A DNA stretch of 64,000 nt from the NCBI RefSeq assembly GCF_018350175.1, contig NC_058374.1, positions 1,302,001 through 1,366,000 of the forward strand, in the 5' to 3' direction. The DNA is from Felis catus. Taxonomy: Eukaryota. This document shows, one piece after another, positions 35,864 through 47,885 of the stretch. The number at the start of each line of letters is the position of its first letter. Position 1 is the stretch's first letter. The position numbers and the translations under genes are program-made. The notes under the pieces are model-generated. The model was not told the origin of the DNA. It saw only the letters and a list, made by a program, of their open reading frames with translations, and did no database searches.

Positions 35864-38029
35864 AGTACGAGAGAATTCTAAGAGCACAACCATGAGGTTA
35901 TGCAAGCATATTTAAAACTTGTGCCTTTAAGGGGAGGGCAATAACAAACACAGCTTAAAGTAACATAGATCCATACTGCTTTTAACAATCTCCAAGGACC
36001 ATCATACAGAGACCACATGTTACTAAAATTAGAAGACCAAAATTATGATCCCACTTATCACTATGGAAAGTATGAATCCAGCACTACACTTTGAAATAAG
36101 AGTGGAAGGAGTCTGTCAGGCACTTCGCACTTGGTAAATGGGACCACAGGTCTAGCACTACAAAAACTTGTAAATACTGCTGCAAATCTACTTAACAGGA
36201 GTTAAACTACCTGAAGGTACTGTTTATTGTATTACTGTTAACAACCTGGTGCTCCCAACTTGCACTTTTCATATTTTAGACTTACGTTTTATATATGAAG
36301 ACTGCTTCATACAAACAAGTCACTAAAATGTGTCCACAGAGGTTAAGTATGTATTTGTCAAAACTTATGCTTACTTGTGGAAATCATATTAAGTTCAATA
36401 AATTCTCCAACTCTCAACTTCCTTTAAAGCACAATCCCTGGGAACCCTAAATAAAATCACTATCTCCCTGAATATGCTGCCATTTAATTTCATCCACTCT
36501 TCCACGAAAACACGTTAAAATGAATGCTAGCACTTGCATTATCATCTATTTTCTCTCTGGCTTCTACTCAAACATAGTGTAACTGCTTTCTCAAAATACA
36601 CATTTTATCCTCAGAATCTGCTTTCTCTGCCCAGATACATGTGATCAAGCAAAAACAAACAACCAAAACACACCAAAACAAAAACTCTCCAAAGCATTTT
36701 TTAATTTTTTATTAAAATTGACAATCACTGAATATTGAAAATAGTAATAAGGTAAACATTTTCAAGTTTTAATAAGAACTTATTATTAATTTCTATTAAT
36801 AGGTTAATGAATAGTAAAACACCCAACTTGTCACAACAACCCTAAGAGGCTGACATTATTACCCCTTCTAGAGATGGCCAGTAAAGCACCAAGAGGGTAA
36901 GTCATTTCCAACCAGTAAGACACCATGCCATTCTTCCATGTAAATAAATCAAGTCACATTAATGTTTCAAAATACAGGATGAAATTTATCTCCAACCACA
37001 GGCAAGTTTCAAAGGGAAATACACAAATCAACTTTATGGTTGAATAATAAATTTGCTAATCTGATGCTTCACTTTAGCAACCCAAGCAAACTCCAGTCAA
37101 GAGATCTCTCTTATAGCTTGTTTCACCAAACTGCCTGTCCCTATACTAAATACAGAGGAAAGCGAAAAAGCCACAACCATTTCAACTTCTGTAAATTACC
37201 CTGACTGTAAATTAGAGGGAGCCGGGCAGGTGGGGAAGTATGGAAATTGCACATTGTTCACACAGTGCACCAGGGAACATCTCTTCCCCTCCCCCCCCTT
37301 TTGCAAAGGACAACTTAGCACTTATTTCGAGTGCATTTTAAATTCTTAACACAACTTAAGAGACCAACTAAATAGCATTAAGAAAAAAAAAAAACTTTCG
37401 AAAGGGAAAGTAATTTGTATACTTACAACATTCGTCTTCGACTTGGCATTATCCTTTTTTAAAACCCTCACACTTACCAAGTAATTTCCCTGCACAGTGC
37501 AGCGAAATCGTTCGGTTTCCTCAGTTATCCAAAACTCCAAACTTCCGTTTAAGATTAGGACAAATTGCAGTGCAGCCAGGAAGACGGTGTCGAACGCTTA
37601 AGAGTTACCCTACGGATAATTTTCTAGTTGCATCTCATCCAAAATTAAAGGCCGGTTTACATAAAAATAAGAAACGAACATGCAACACAAAACTGCACCG
37701 AAATCTTAAGTTTACGTTCGGATTGGACACGCCTGAGACGCAGGTGGTAAGAGACTGCTGACCTGTCCTTTTCACCACAGTGTACCGTGGTCCTAGTTCG
37801 AACGCAGGGCATCCTTAGATTTGATTTCTCTCTAATTCCTTCAGAACCCGCCTCTGCTCAAGCCCATCGAGAGGAGAACGGGAGCTCCCCAGACACACCC
37901 GGAGCAACAGGATCCCCACTTCCTGGTCCGAATGACCCCGTCCCCTCCCCGTTCGGCCGGCCGCCGGGGCCTGGGCCCGGGGCGGAGGGCAGGGCGAGGC
38001 CTCTGCAGTGCGGGCGGGACGGCGGCGCT

Positions 38030-38140
38030 GGCCCGGCCCCGACCCCCACGCCCCCGGCCCCGACTCCCGGCCCCGACCCCCACGCCCCCGACTCCCACCC
38101 CCGACCCCCGCGCCCCGGCCCCGACCCCCGGCCTTGCACC
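38030..38140. repeat. Degenerate C-rich tandem repeat (CCCCGACCCC-like units) at the start of intron 1
   Basis: Repeated ccccgacccc/ccccggcccc/ccccgactccc units; G-rich on the transcribed strand. Confidence 0.7.
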
Positions 38141-38345
38141 CGGGCCCCGCAGCCCGGCGCGGCCCCGCCACCACGGCCCTGCCCGCCGCCCGGCCCCGTC
38201 CGGCCCGCCCGCCGCCCGCCGCCGCGTCCTCCGGGAAGATGGCGGCCCGTGACAGGCGGGCGCGGCGCGGGTCCGAGGCGGCGGCCCGGCTCCAAGCGGG
38301 AAGCGGAGAGGACGGAGCGGCCCGCTCGCCGCCTGCCGCGCTCAC

Positions 38346-38620
38346 CTGTCAGCAGCGCCGCCGCCGCCCGGCCGCCGACCGCCGCAGCCCCGGTGCCCGG
38401 CGACCGCGCCACACGCGGACGGGGCCGAGAGGGAGGGGCGGGGAGGGCGCGGCCGGCCCGGACGAGCGGCGGGGGCGGCGCGGCGCGGCGCGGGCTGGCG
38501 GCGGGCGGCGGCGGCTCCTTCCCGTTTCGGGCCCGAAAATGTCTCAACCTCGCGACTCCGGCGCCCCAACGCTCCTTCCCGTTCGCATGAGAACACACAG
38601 CTCCCACTTCCGGGGCTCGG
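38346..38620 (-). other. LARP4B: LARP4B non-coding exon 1 (5' end approximate)
   Basis: Donor CAG|gtgag at 38346/38345 inside the CpG island, 24.7 kb upstream of exon 2. The TSS is estimated from paired ETS sites and upstream CCAAT boxes. Confidence 0.75.
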
Positions 38621-39001
38621 CGGAAGTCCCGCCTCGCGCGCCCGCGCACCCGCGCGCCCTCGGACTCAGCGGCCGGGCCCGCCGACTGGCGCTCTACGCC
38701 CGGGAGAGCCTCTCGTCATGGCAGCGCGGCGTCCCGATTGGCTGCGTGCGGCGCCCGGCCCTCCCCTCTGCTTCCCGGCCTTTCCGTGCGCGCGCCCCTC
38801 CCGGCTGCGCTTGTGATTGGCGCGGGCGCGCACGCAACCCCGCCCCGCCCCGCCGTCCCCTCGGTCCCCACCGCCCCCGCTGCGACTTGAGGAGGCGGCG
38901 CCGTAGCGTAGTCCTGCGACCTCCGCCTTGCTAGCAGATGGCCGTCTCCCGGCACCCCGGTCCCCGCCTCCCAAGACCACGACCCCCGACCCCCGACCCC
39001 C

Positions 39002-39115
39002 TCACCCGAGACCGCGACCCCGTCCCCCCCTCACCCCGGGACCGCGACCCCGTCCCCCCTTCACCCTAGGACCGCGACCCGGTCTCCCCCTCACCCTGGG
39101 ATGGCGACCCCGCCC
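39002..39115. repeat. ~30-bp minisatellite x4 (TCACCCnnGGACCGCGACCCCGTCCCCCC)
   Basis: Units start at 39002, 39031, 39061 and 39091. Confidence 0.85.
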
Positions 39116-39633
39116 GCAGACCCCTGCCCCTCAGTGCCTGAACAGACACACCCACACACCACTTCTCCCCCCGCTCCCGCCCGGTCCGCCCAGGCGCAGG
39201 TTGGGCCCCGGAGAGCCCCGGGGCGCCGGGCGTCAGCTCCGTGCTGCAGGCTCTCCCGGGTCTCGAGTCACATTGTGTCACCCACCCACACCCGTGGTGC
39301 GGGGACGGAAGACAAGTGTGTTCACCTCCTTGAAGCCGGCTCCCTACTGAGCACTGATCGTATGGACGTAAGGACGTGGACATTTGAATTAGTCCCATTG
39401 CAGTTCACACGTACTGAAGGTGTTTTCTGGTCACTGCCCAGCCAGTCCCTGCACCTGTGCTTCCCATTCGTGCTGCGGAGGGACGTGTGCATGCAGGTGT
39501 GCGCTTGGACTTCCACGTCCTCAGGGCCCGGCGCGTCCTCAGGCCCCGGTGTTGGGTGCACTTTGCTGGATGACCATGTCACCTCCCGGCTCTAAGGAGC
39601 TTGCACACTACATAGTGATATTCACGGCAAGAC

Positions 39634-39842
39634 TTTTTTTTTTTTTTAATGTTTATTTTTGAGAAAGAGAGAGAGAAGTAGCAAAGGAAGGGCAGAGAGC
39701 GAGGGAGACACAGAATCCGAGGCAGGCTCCAGGCTCTGAGCTGTCAGCACAGAGCCCCATGCGGGGCTCGAACTTACAAGCTGTGAGATCATGACCTGAG
39801 CCGAAGCCCGACGCTTAACGGACTGAGCCACCCAGATGCCCC
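39634..39842 (-). mobile_element. Can-SINE
   Basis: TSD gcaagactt. Confidence 0.9.
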
Positions 39843-39924
39843 TTCATAGCAAGACTTTAAAAATAAAAACCTCTGAGGACTGAAATTCCCTCCAACACTG
39901 AAAGCACTAAGTGCAGCGTTTAAA

Positions 39925-40090
39925 GCCCAGGGGCTCAGTCTCGAGCACCCAACTCTCGATTTCAGCTCAGGTCCAGGGTTTGAGCTCTGTGTGGGGTGTG
40001 ACAACCAGCTTGGGATTTTCTCTGTCCCTCTGCCCCTGCCCTGCTCACTCACACTCTCTCCCTCTCAGAATAAACTTAAAAAACAAAAAC
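39925..40090 (+). mobile_element. Can-SINE (degenerate head)
   Basis: gatttcagctcaggt...ctctctccctctcagaataaac. Confidence 0.75.
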
Positions 40091-40419
40091 AAAACACACT
40101 TCCCAAGAGCAGCGGTGGGGCAGGCGGGAGCCTTTCTCAGGTGGGCTCCATGTGCATAACTGCCCCTGTAATGTTCTGGACTCAGGCCCCTCCTCTCTGC
40201 TGCTGAACTCACCCCTAGGCCCAGTGACGTGGACCTCCTTGGGCCAATCAGGAATTCCCTAAAGATGGTAAATTAAGCTTTCACCATCTTGCTTATGTCT
40301 ACATTCAGGCAGACATTATGGTACACAGGTAAGTTCCTAAATTACAGAAAAAACCAGTAACCTAAGTGACATGGGAATACTTTATGTTGAAATGACATCT
40401 CTTATTTCGTACTCACATT

Positions 40420-41370
40420 GTGTGATCCTTCCTCGATCAAAATGCTTTTTGTAGATATCACCTCACCCCTGTCAGAATGGCTAAAGTCGGGGTGCCTGTG
40501 TGGCTCTGCTCGGTTCAGCACGGGACTCTTGATCTCAGCTCAGGCCATCATTTCATGGTTCCCGACAGCATGGAGCCTGCTTGGGATTCTCTCTCTCCCT
40601 CTCTCTGCCCCTCCCCCGCTCTCTCTCTCTCAAAATAAATAAATAAACTTGAAAAAAAGAATGATTAAAATCAACAACACAAGAAACAACAGGTGCTGGT
40701 GAGGACGCAGAAAAGGGAACCCTCATGCACTGTTGTTGGTGGGAATGCAAACTCGTGCAGCCGCTGTGAAAAACAGTATGGAGTTGCCTCCAGAAGTTAA
40801 AAATAGAATTTACCCTACAATCCAGCAATCGCACTCCTAGGTATTTACCCAAAGAATATGAGAACACTAATTCAAAGGGAGATGTGCACCCTGATGTTTG
40901 TAGCGGTGTTATCAACAATAGCNNNNNNNNNNNNNNNNNNNNNNNNNNNNNNNNNNNNNNNNNNNNNNNNNNNNNNNNNNNNNNNNNNNNNNNNNNNNNN
41001 NNNNNNNNNNNNNNNNNNNNNNNNNNNNNNNNNNNNNNNNNNNNNNNNNNNNNNNNNNNNNNNNNNNNNNNTAAGTGAAATAAGAGAAAGATACCACAGG
41101 ATTTCACTCACATGTGGAATTTAGGAAACCAAATAAGCAAAGGAAAAAAAGAGGCATAGACAAACCAAGGAACAGACGCTTAACTGTGGAGGACACACTG
41201 ATGGTCACCAGAGGAGAGTGGGTGGGGGATGGGGGGAAATAAGTGATGACGATTAAGAGTACACTTATCAAGAAGAACTGTTGAATTATTATGTTGTACA
41301 CCTGAAACTGATATAACACTGTGTGAACTGTGTTGGAATTAAAAACAAATAAAATGAAATTTACAAAATA
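40420..41370 (+). mobile_element. 5'-truncated carnivore L1 (L1_Carn-like 3' end) with a SINE at 40489-40657 and an N gap at 40923-41071
   Basis: aagaaacaacaggtgctggtgagga...gattaagagtacacttat...gtacacctgaaactgatataacactg + A tail. The SINE has TSD agaatg(gc/at)taaa. Confidence 0.88.
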
Positions 41371-41879
41371 AAAGAAAAACTGTTTTTTTGTTTCCCTATG
41401 ATTTTTTTGACCTGTGTTTCAAAAGAAACATCCATTTTCACCCTGGAATGTGAGGTTATAACCTAAAACACATTTTTATGGCATTTCTGCTTAGAAAAAA
41501 TCACTTTTAAAAAACATGTTAGCATAAATATCTCAGCCCATGTACCCTCTCACTTCCCATGTCACACCATTACAAGTTCTACCTATCCTACCTAAGAAAT
41601 AATTCCTCCCCCTTAGGAAGGTTTTGCTTGCTATTACCTCTCTCCTGACTTGTTTCAATAGCACAGTGGCCAATCTTTTTCCTATATACTCACCCTACCA
41701 CCCATCGTGCCAACACACATCTCCTTAAAGAGCCTCCTCATCCTCCTCCCCTGATTGTCGGCCCTTGAGGGGAAGTCCAAGTTCTGTTTTATGGACTAGC
41801 CTTCACAAATTGGTCCCCATACATCTCTTCCTGCCTCAGAGTCAGACACCTGACCTTCATCACATCCACATGACAAGCA

Positions 41880-42720
41880 TTTCTTAAGACACTGGGATGT
41901 CACCGGCTGTAGTCATGAATACAGCACAGGCTTTACACTGTAGGACACACTTTACTGACAATCCTGTTAAACAATGGAGGAGGAGGAGCCTGGCTCCCAG
42001 GCGTCTGCTGCCTGCAGAGCTGAGCCTGGAGCCTCATTTCACTTCTGGGCACATGGCTTCTTCAGTGCCCTCCATCTGTATGCATTTTCCTCTGCCTGGA
42101 GTGTCCCTTGTCTCTTCCACTTCTGGTAAAATCTAGCTTCATTTTCAAGGTACAGCTCAAATGTCAACCATTTAAATCTTTTCCTCTGAGACAGTTGGCT
42201 TCCTTTCTGGGTCCTCATAGCACTCTTACTCATAGCGCTATCAAAGCTGCTAGAACTTGCCATTTACACGCCAGCCAACCCCAACAGTGGTCAGTTGCAC
42301 AAGGGCAGAAACCATGTGTGATATCTAGCCCCATGTGTGTGGGGTGGCATTGTACCTCCTTAATAAATGTCTGTTGAATTAACCAACAGAAAAAAAAACA
42401 AGATACTTTTCTCTTATTAAAGGCCTGAATTTCAGTGAGTATCTGAGAACATTTTTTTCTTTTATCCTCCCAACATTTCCTGTAAAAAAATACTTTTTCT
42501 TCATTGTGTATATCATCATTGAAAATTACGTATATGTTAGCAAGCTCATTTGTGGCTTAAGCACACTGCTCAAACTTTATTCCAAATAATTTAGAACTAT
42601 TCACTTATTCTTAAGTAAAGAAGAGCTCACCAGGTACCTGCTCCCCATCAGGGGCTGTGCTAAGTGCTGGGGAGACAGCACAGAGCAGCACAGCACAGGA
42701 AGCAGGTGAACAGACATGAA
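41880..42720. mobile_element. L2/MIR fragments
   Basis: cctctgcctggagtgtccct, taataaatgtctgttgaatt (L2 3' end) and ctgtgctaagtgctggggagacag. Confidence 0.5.
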
Positions 42721-43129
42721 AGGATAAAGAGGGAGAAGGTTGCTATGCACCCAGAGAGCAAGCACAGAAGGGGCCAGAGACAGCTTGGAGGAGGAATCAG
42801 AGAAAGTGGTAAGTAAGCCAAGGCCAAAGAGACCAGAGTAGAGAAGCTGCTGATAAGCATCCCAGCAGGGAGCGGAAGGCCAGTCCAGATCAGAACAGAA
42901 GTATTTGACCTGACAAAGCAAAAAGCCTAGTTGATAAGGTGGGTGGAAGGCACAAGAGCCTGGAGGGGCAAACAAGGAAGAACCTCAGGGGTCTTTCTGG
43001 TTCACTTAGGATTTCACAGTGAGTGGAGATTTTATTCTGAGGTAAGAAGGGATACAAAAAAGGTTTTAAGCTTTGGTGGCTCTCTGGCCCCCAAAAGCCA
43101 CCAAAATAAAAATACAATAAGGAACTAGC

Positions 43130-44130
43130 TTAGTCAAATTAGGTGGAACTATCACAATGAAAAATACCGGTAATACATTAGACTACATTGGGGGAAATAA
43201 AGAATGCATGAGTTTGTACTAAGAAATACCAAATAATGGGTAAGTAAAAAATATACCAGCAATGAGGAGGGAAAAGGGAAAGCTTTCCTTTATGGTAGAA
43301 TTCTGACAAAGTGAAACATGACCATGTTGGAGCTGTCATGGGATATATTCTGGCAGGAATCATCGGTAAAGGCTAAAATCATTGGGGGAAGGTTGTTGAG
43401 GAACAGGTTATGTTGCCATTTCACAGCTTATTAATTGCTTACACTTAAGTAATTTCAAAGGGGGAAAGGATGTTCTTATACTGGACACATATGGCGGACC
43501 CCATCTGACTCAAGTTGAAAGTTGGCTTTCCCAGTAATGGTGGCCTACAAACTCAAGATGTCCATTATCTTCAAAAATATCAAGGTCAGGAATGACAGCG
43601 AGAGGTTGAGGGATTTTCCAAACTAAAGGCAACAGAGGAGATATGCAAGTGAATGCAGTGTGTAACTCTAGGCCAGGTGCTCGATCACAGTGACATTTGC
43701 TATGATGGACACAGAACTCCAGTATGGCCTCTATCCCAGTCTTATCAGCAAGGTTACGTGTCCTGAATTGGAATGATTTATTAACTTGTTTCACGGCTGT
43801 GTAAGAGAATCTCTTTGGCCATAGGAGATATAAACTGAAGTATTTAGGGGTGACAGGTGAAGGTCTCTGCAAGTTTCTCTCAGATGCTTTAGTGAGATGC
43901 ACACACACACACATACACAGAAATACACCTGGTAAATCTAGGTGTAGAATATGTAAGCGGTCACAACTTGTCTGTGAGTTTGAAACTCTTCAAATGGAGA
44001 TTTTTCCTTTAGAGATACAGATGCATTGGTGAATGATATGATATTATGTCCAGGATTTGCTTCAAAACCATCTAAAGTGGTCAGTAGGAGTATATAAGAA
44101 ATAATGGGACAGGCTGGTGAGTCGAAAATT
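43130..44130 (+). mobile_element. L1MC-type 3' end
   Basis: gctaaaatcattggggg...atatcaaggtcagga...ggatttgcttcaaaa pattern. Confidence 0.7.
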
Positions 44131-44192
44131 GTTGAAGCTCCGTAATGGACGCCTCACGATTGGGGCTCTTTTTAAAAAAAAAAAAAAATTTA

Positions 44193-44625
44193 GGGGCGCC
44201 TGGGTGGCGCAGTCGGTTAAGCGTCCGACTTCAGCCAGGTCACGATCTCGCGGTCCGGGAGTTCGAGCCCCGCGTCGGGCTCTGGGCTGATGGCTCAGAG
44301 CCTGGAGCCTGTTTCCGATTCTGTGTCTCCCTCTCTCTCTGCCCCTCCCCCGTTCATGCTCTGTCTCTCTCTGTCCCAAAAATAAATAAACGTTGAAAAA
44401 AAAAAATTTAATGTTTATTATTTGAGAGAGAGAGAGAGAGAGAGAGAGGGACAGAGAGCAAGCCGGGGAGGGGCAGAGAGAGAGGGAGACGCAGAATCCG
44501 AAGCAGGCTCCAGGCTCTGAGCTGCTAGCAAAGAGAGCCTGACATGGAGCTTGAACCCACAGACTACAAGATCATGATGTGAGCCAAAGTCGGCCGCTTA
44601 ACTGACTGAGCCACCCAGGTGCTCC
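44193..44625. mobile_element. Young SINEC_Fc (+, 44193-~44405) joined tail-to-tail to an older SINEC (-, ~44407-44625)
   Basis: Two opposed SINEC bodies sharing an A/T tail; TSD aaaaaaaattta around the young copy. Confidence 0.92.
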
Positions 44626-46296
44626 AACGATGTGGGTTCTTGAAACTCCTCCCCTCTTCTGTATGTGTTTTAAATTCCCCATGATAATAAAAACATGGTG
44701 AAGAGATCTTGCATATTCCATGAACAGGTGCTGGTCAAATGCAGTGAAAGCCAAGGACTGCCTCCCGGGGCATGCCACAGCCTTCTGGCTAGAGAAGAGG
44801 GTCCTGGGCGAGACCCCTGGGTCTCCAAGCTGGGAAGGCTGGGAGAGTGGGTGGGCATGCCAGCAGGTGCCAGCCTAGGTGGGGGAGGCCTCAGGGCAAG
44901 GAGTGAGGGGAAGGGAGAGTCATACCCCTGAGGGGCCGCAAGGGAGGTACAGGTTACCTGAGTACAGAATTCTGGAAAGAGGGACTCGTGTCTCTCGAGA
45001 AGGTTAGGCAGCGTGCTCTGGGACATCCTCAGGCTGGCTCCTGCGTGAAGACACGCAATGATGACCTAGGCTGGCCCTTCAAGGCCTCTGCGGTTGGATT
45101 TAGGTCTCCCTTGGAAGTAAGCCCAGGTGGTGGAGGGTGCCGCCTGGACCCACAGCCTAGACTCATGCTATTCCCTTCTGGGACAGCGGCCCCACCCAGT
45201 GCCGAAAGGCCCAAGTATCAGTCCAGGCCTGGGAAAACACTGCACTTTCTGCCTGCGGCTGTCTGCCTGTGGCTTCATACAAGGAAGGACTTGACGAGAC
45301 AGACATTCTGAAGACACTTCCCAGCTTGGATGTTTCAGGCAGAGAACTAGACTTAATAAGCATTTGTTTTTTATTATTAACTTGGGAATATTTTAATCTC
45401 GCAGACCTGGCAAAGTAGATGTTCTTTTTAACCCGATATTCCTGAACACTCAACTTCTGAAGAAATGAGAGGCATCCCTCCAAGGGGAGAGAGAGCCACT
45501 GTCTAGACAGTGCTGCCTGTGTTCCAGGCAGTCATTCCCCTGCCTCGGTGAGCCTCATCCCACCTGGAGCTGGGGGCCCCGCCCCTCCACGAAGGCTGAG
45601 CACAGGTAGTGCCAGGTGCCCGGGGTTGCGCACACAAGTCTGCAGACAAGTGGGCGTCTCCCCCCCAAATTTCTCTAATGAGGACTCTCTGCCTCATTGT
45701 TTTGTGAAATAGACCCCCCACCCAGTCCTCAAAGATGCCCCCCTGTTGTGAAGAGGGGAGCCCCCAGGTAACAACAGGCTCCATTTTTAAACATTAACCA
45801 CAACCACCTGATGGGGCTTGAAATTTCCCCTCCCCGGTAGTGGAACCAGCCAGAGTTTCCCTGAGCACACTAAGCCACCCGCACCTCTGTGTGTTTCCCC
45901 TTCTGTCTCTCCCTTCTTCCTCTGGCCAGTACTCATCCATTCTTTCCAAGACGTAACTCGGATGCTTTGACCTCCTCCAGGAAGACTTCCCGGAATACCC
46001 GCCTCCAACCCACTGCCAGCTGATCAGGTCATCATTCATGCTCCCGCCCCACACGGGGTGAACCTGTAACACAGCTCTCACTGTGAGGCACAGAAACCCC
46101 ACTTATGGGTGCACTTTATCTTTGGCGTATTATAAACTTTGCAAAGGCAGGAGCTTGATCTTAGAGTTTGCATCTTCACCATTTGTCACAGTGACTGGTA
46201 TTAGTGAACGCTTGCTGAACAGAGATCATCCCAACTTTGTTAACTCACTCACCAGCCTCCTATAAGCTTCTGTCAATTCTTAGTGAGCTACCTTTA

Positions 46297-46505
46297 TTTA
46301 TTTTTTAAGTTCATTTATTTATTTTGAGAGAGAGAGAGACAGAAGGGGGGGGAGGGGCAGAGAGAAAGAGGGAGAGAGAGAGAGCATCCCAGGCAGTCTC
46401 CGCACTGACAGCACAGAGCCCGATAGGGGGATCGAACCCATGAACCGGGAGATCGTGACCTGAGCTGAAGTTGGGCACTCAACGGACTGAGCCCCCCAGG
46501 CGCCC
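46297..46505 (-). mobile_element. Can-SINE
   Basis: TSD agct(a/g)ccttta. Confidence 0.9.
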
Positions 46506-47228
46506 TAGAGCTGCCTTTATTTCTAACACCATTCACTACATACAGCAAATGCAGCAGACATGGAATTCTTATCACTTGTACCTTTTTTTTTTTTTCTGGA
46601 TTCCATGGTGACAGCTATTTTTGTTTCTTTGTCTGTTTGTTTTGACAACTTTATAACCTTAGATACCACATGCCAGAGTTGGGTGAATTATACTTTTCCA
46701 TACATTGGCATTATCACAATGGTGTTTTCGTCTGGATATATTTTAGTCACTCTGATTAGATGTAGGAAACACTGTTTCCTTAATCCACTCAGTGAAACAC
46801 TTGGGGTCTCCTTGGTGACAGGGACAGTCACTGCAGTTGGAGCTGCCACCTAGCAGGCACTTTCTGTCCATCGTTTTCACCTTCGGTTTCAAAGGATGAC
46901 ACTTTGTGACCTTCCCCCCGCCCAACTCTGGGGGTGTTACTCTCAGAGCACAACACCCTACGTACCCATCGGGTGAACAAATGTGGGACACACACACACA
47001 AGACACAAATACACATTTCAAACCCTTCATTAGGTCAAATATCTGAATTTACACTTTTGTTCAGAATCTTCTCATCTTTAGATGTAGAGGGTTTCTCTAC
47101 CACTCGGGTTCCACTGAAGTCTCATAGTTAATGCCCTTCCCATTATTTTACATACATGGAAAGTGAGCTAATGCCGAGTTTTCATGTTTTTTACAAACAC
47201 CATGACGCACAGTAAGAAATACATTTTA

Positions 47229-47885
47229 GAGGCACCTGGGTGGCTCAGTCGGTTGATCATCCAATTCTTGATTTCAGCTCAGGTCACGGTCTCGGTTGGC
47301 GGGACTGAGCCCCGAGTCAGGCTCTACACTGACAGCACAGAGCCAGCTTGGGATCCTCTCTCTCTGCCTCTCCCTCCTTAAAAATAAATAAATACACTTA
47401 AAAAAATAAAGTCTATTTATTTTTTTAAAAAAAATTTTTTTCAACGTTTATTTATTTTTGGGACAGAGACAGACAAAGCATGAACGGGGGAGGGCAGAGA
47501 GAGAGGGAGACACAGAATCGGAAACAGGCTCCAGGCTCTGAGCCATCAGCCCAGAGCCCAATGCAGGGCTCGAACTCACGGACCGCGAGATCGTGACCTG
47601 GCTGAAGTCGGACGCTTAACCGACTGTGCCACCCAGGTGCCCCAAAATAAAGTCTATTTAAAAAAAAGAAATACATTTTATTTTTTTAATATTTATTTAT
47701 TTTAGAAAGAGAAACAGAGCAAGAACGGGGGAGAGGCAGAGAGAGAGGGAGACACAGAATCTGAAGCAGGCTCCAGGCCCCAAGCTGTCAGCACAGAGCC
47801 TGATGCGGGACTCAAACTCATGAGCTGTGATATCATGACCTGAGTCGAAGTCAGACACTTAACCGACTGAGCCACCCAAGCTCAG
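47229..47885. mobile_element. Three-SINE cluster: + (47229-47402), SINEC_Fc - (47419-47643), - (47681-47880)
   Basis: TSD aaaataaagtctattt around the middle copy; aagaaatacatttta occurs three times. Confidence 0.92.

Larger units (their letters stand above)
37840..39330. promoter_or_regulatory. CpG island / LARP4B promoter, probably bidirectional
   Basis: Very high GC and CpG density. Opposed ETS sites (ACTTCCGG ~38606, CGGAAGT ~38620). CCAAT boxes on the minus strand (GATTGG ~38735 and ~38815). GC boxes (CCCCGCCCC ~38838). Confidence 0.92.

Noticed and set aside
37787-39595. ORFs of 140-308 aa on both strands across the CpG island
   Set aside because: They are Pro/Arg/Gly/Ala-rich products expected from stop-poor, very GC-rich DNA. 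The LARP4B start codon is in exon 2.
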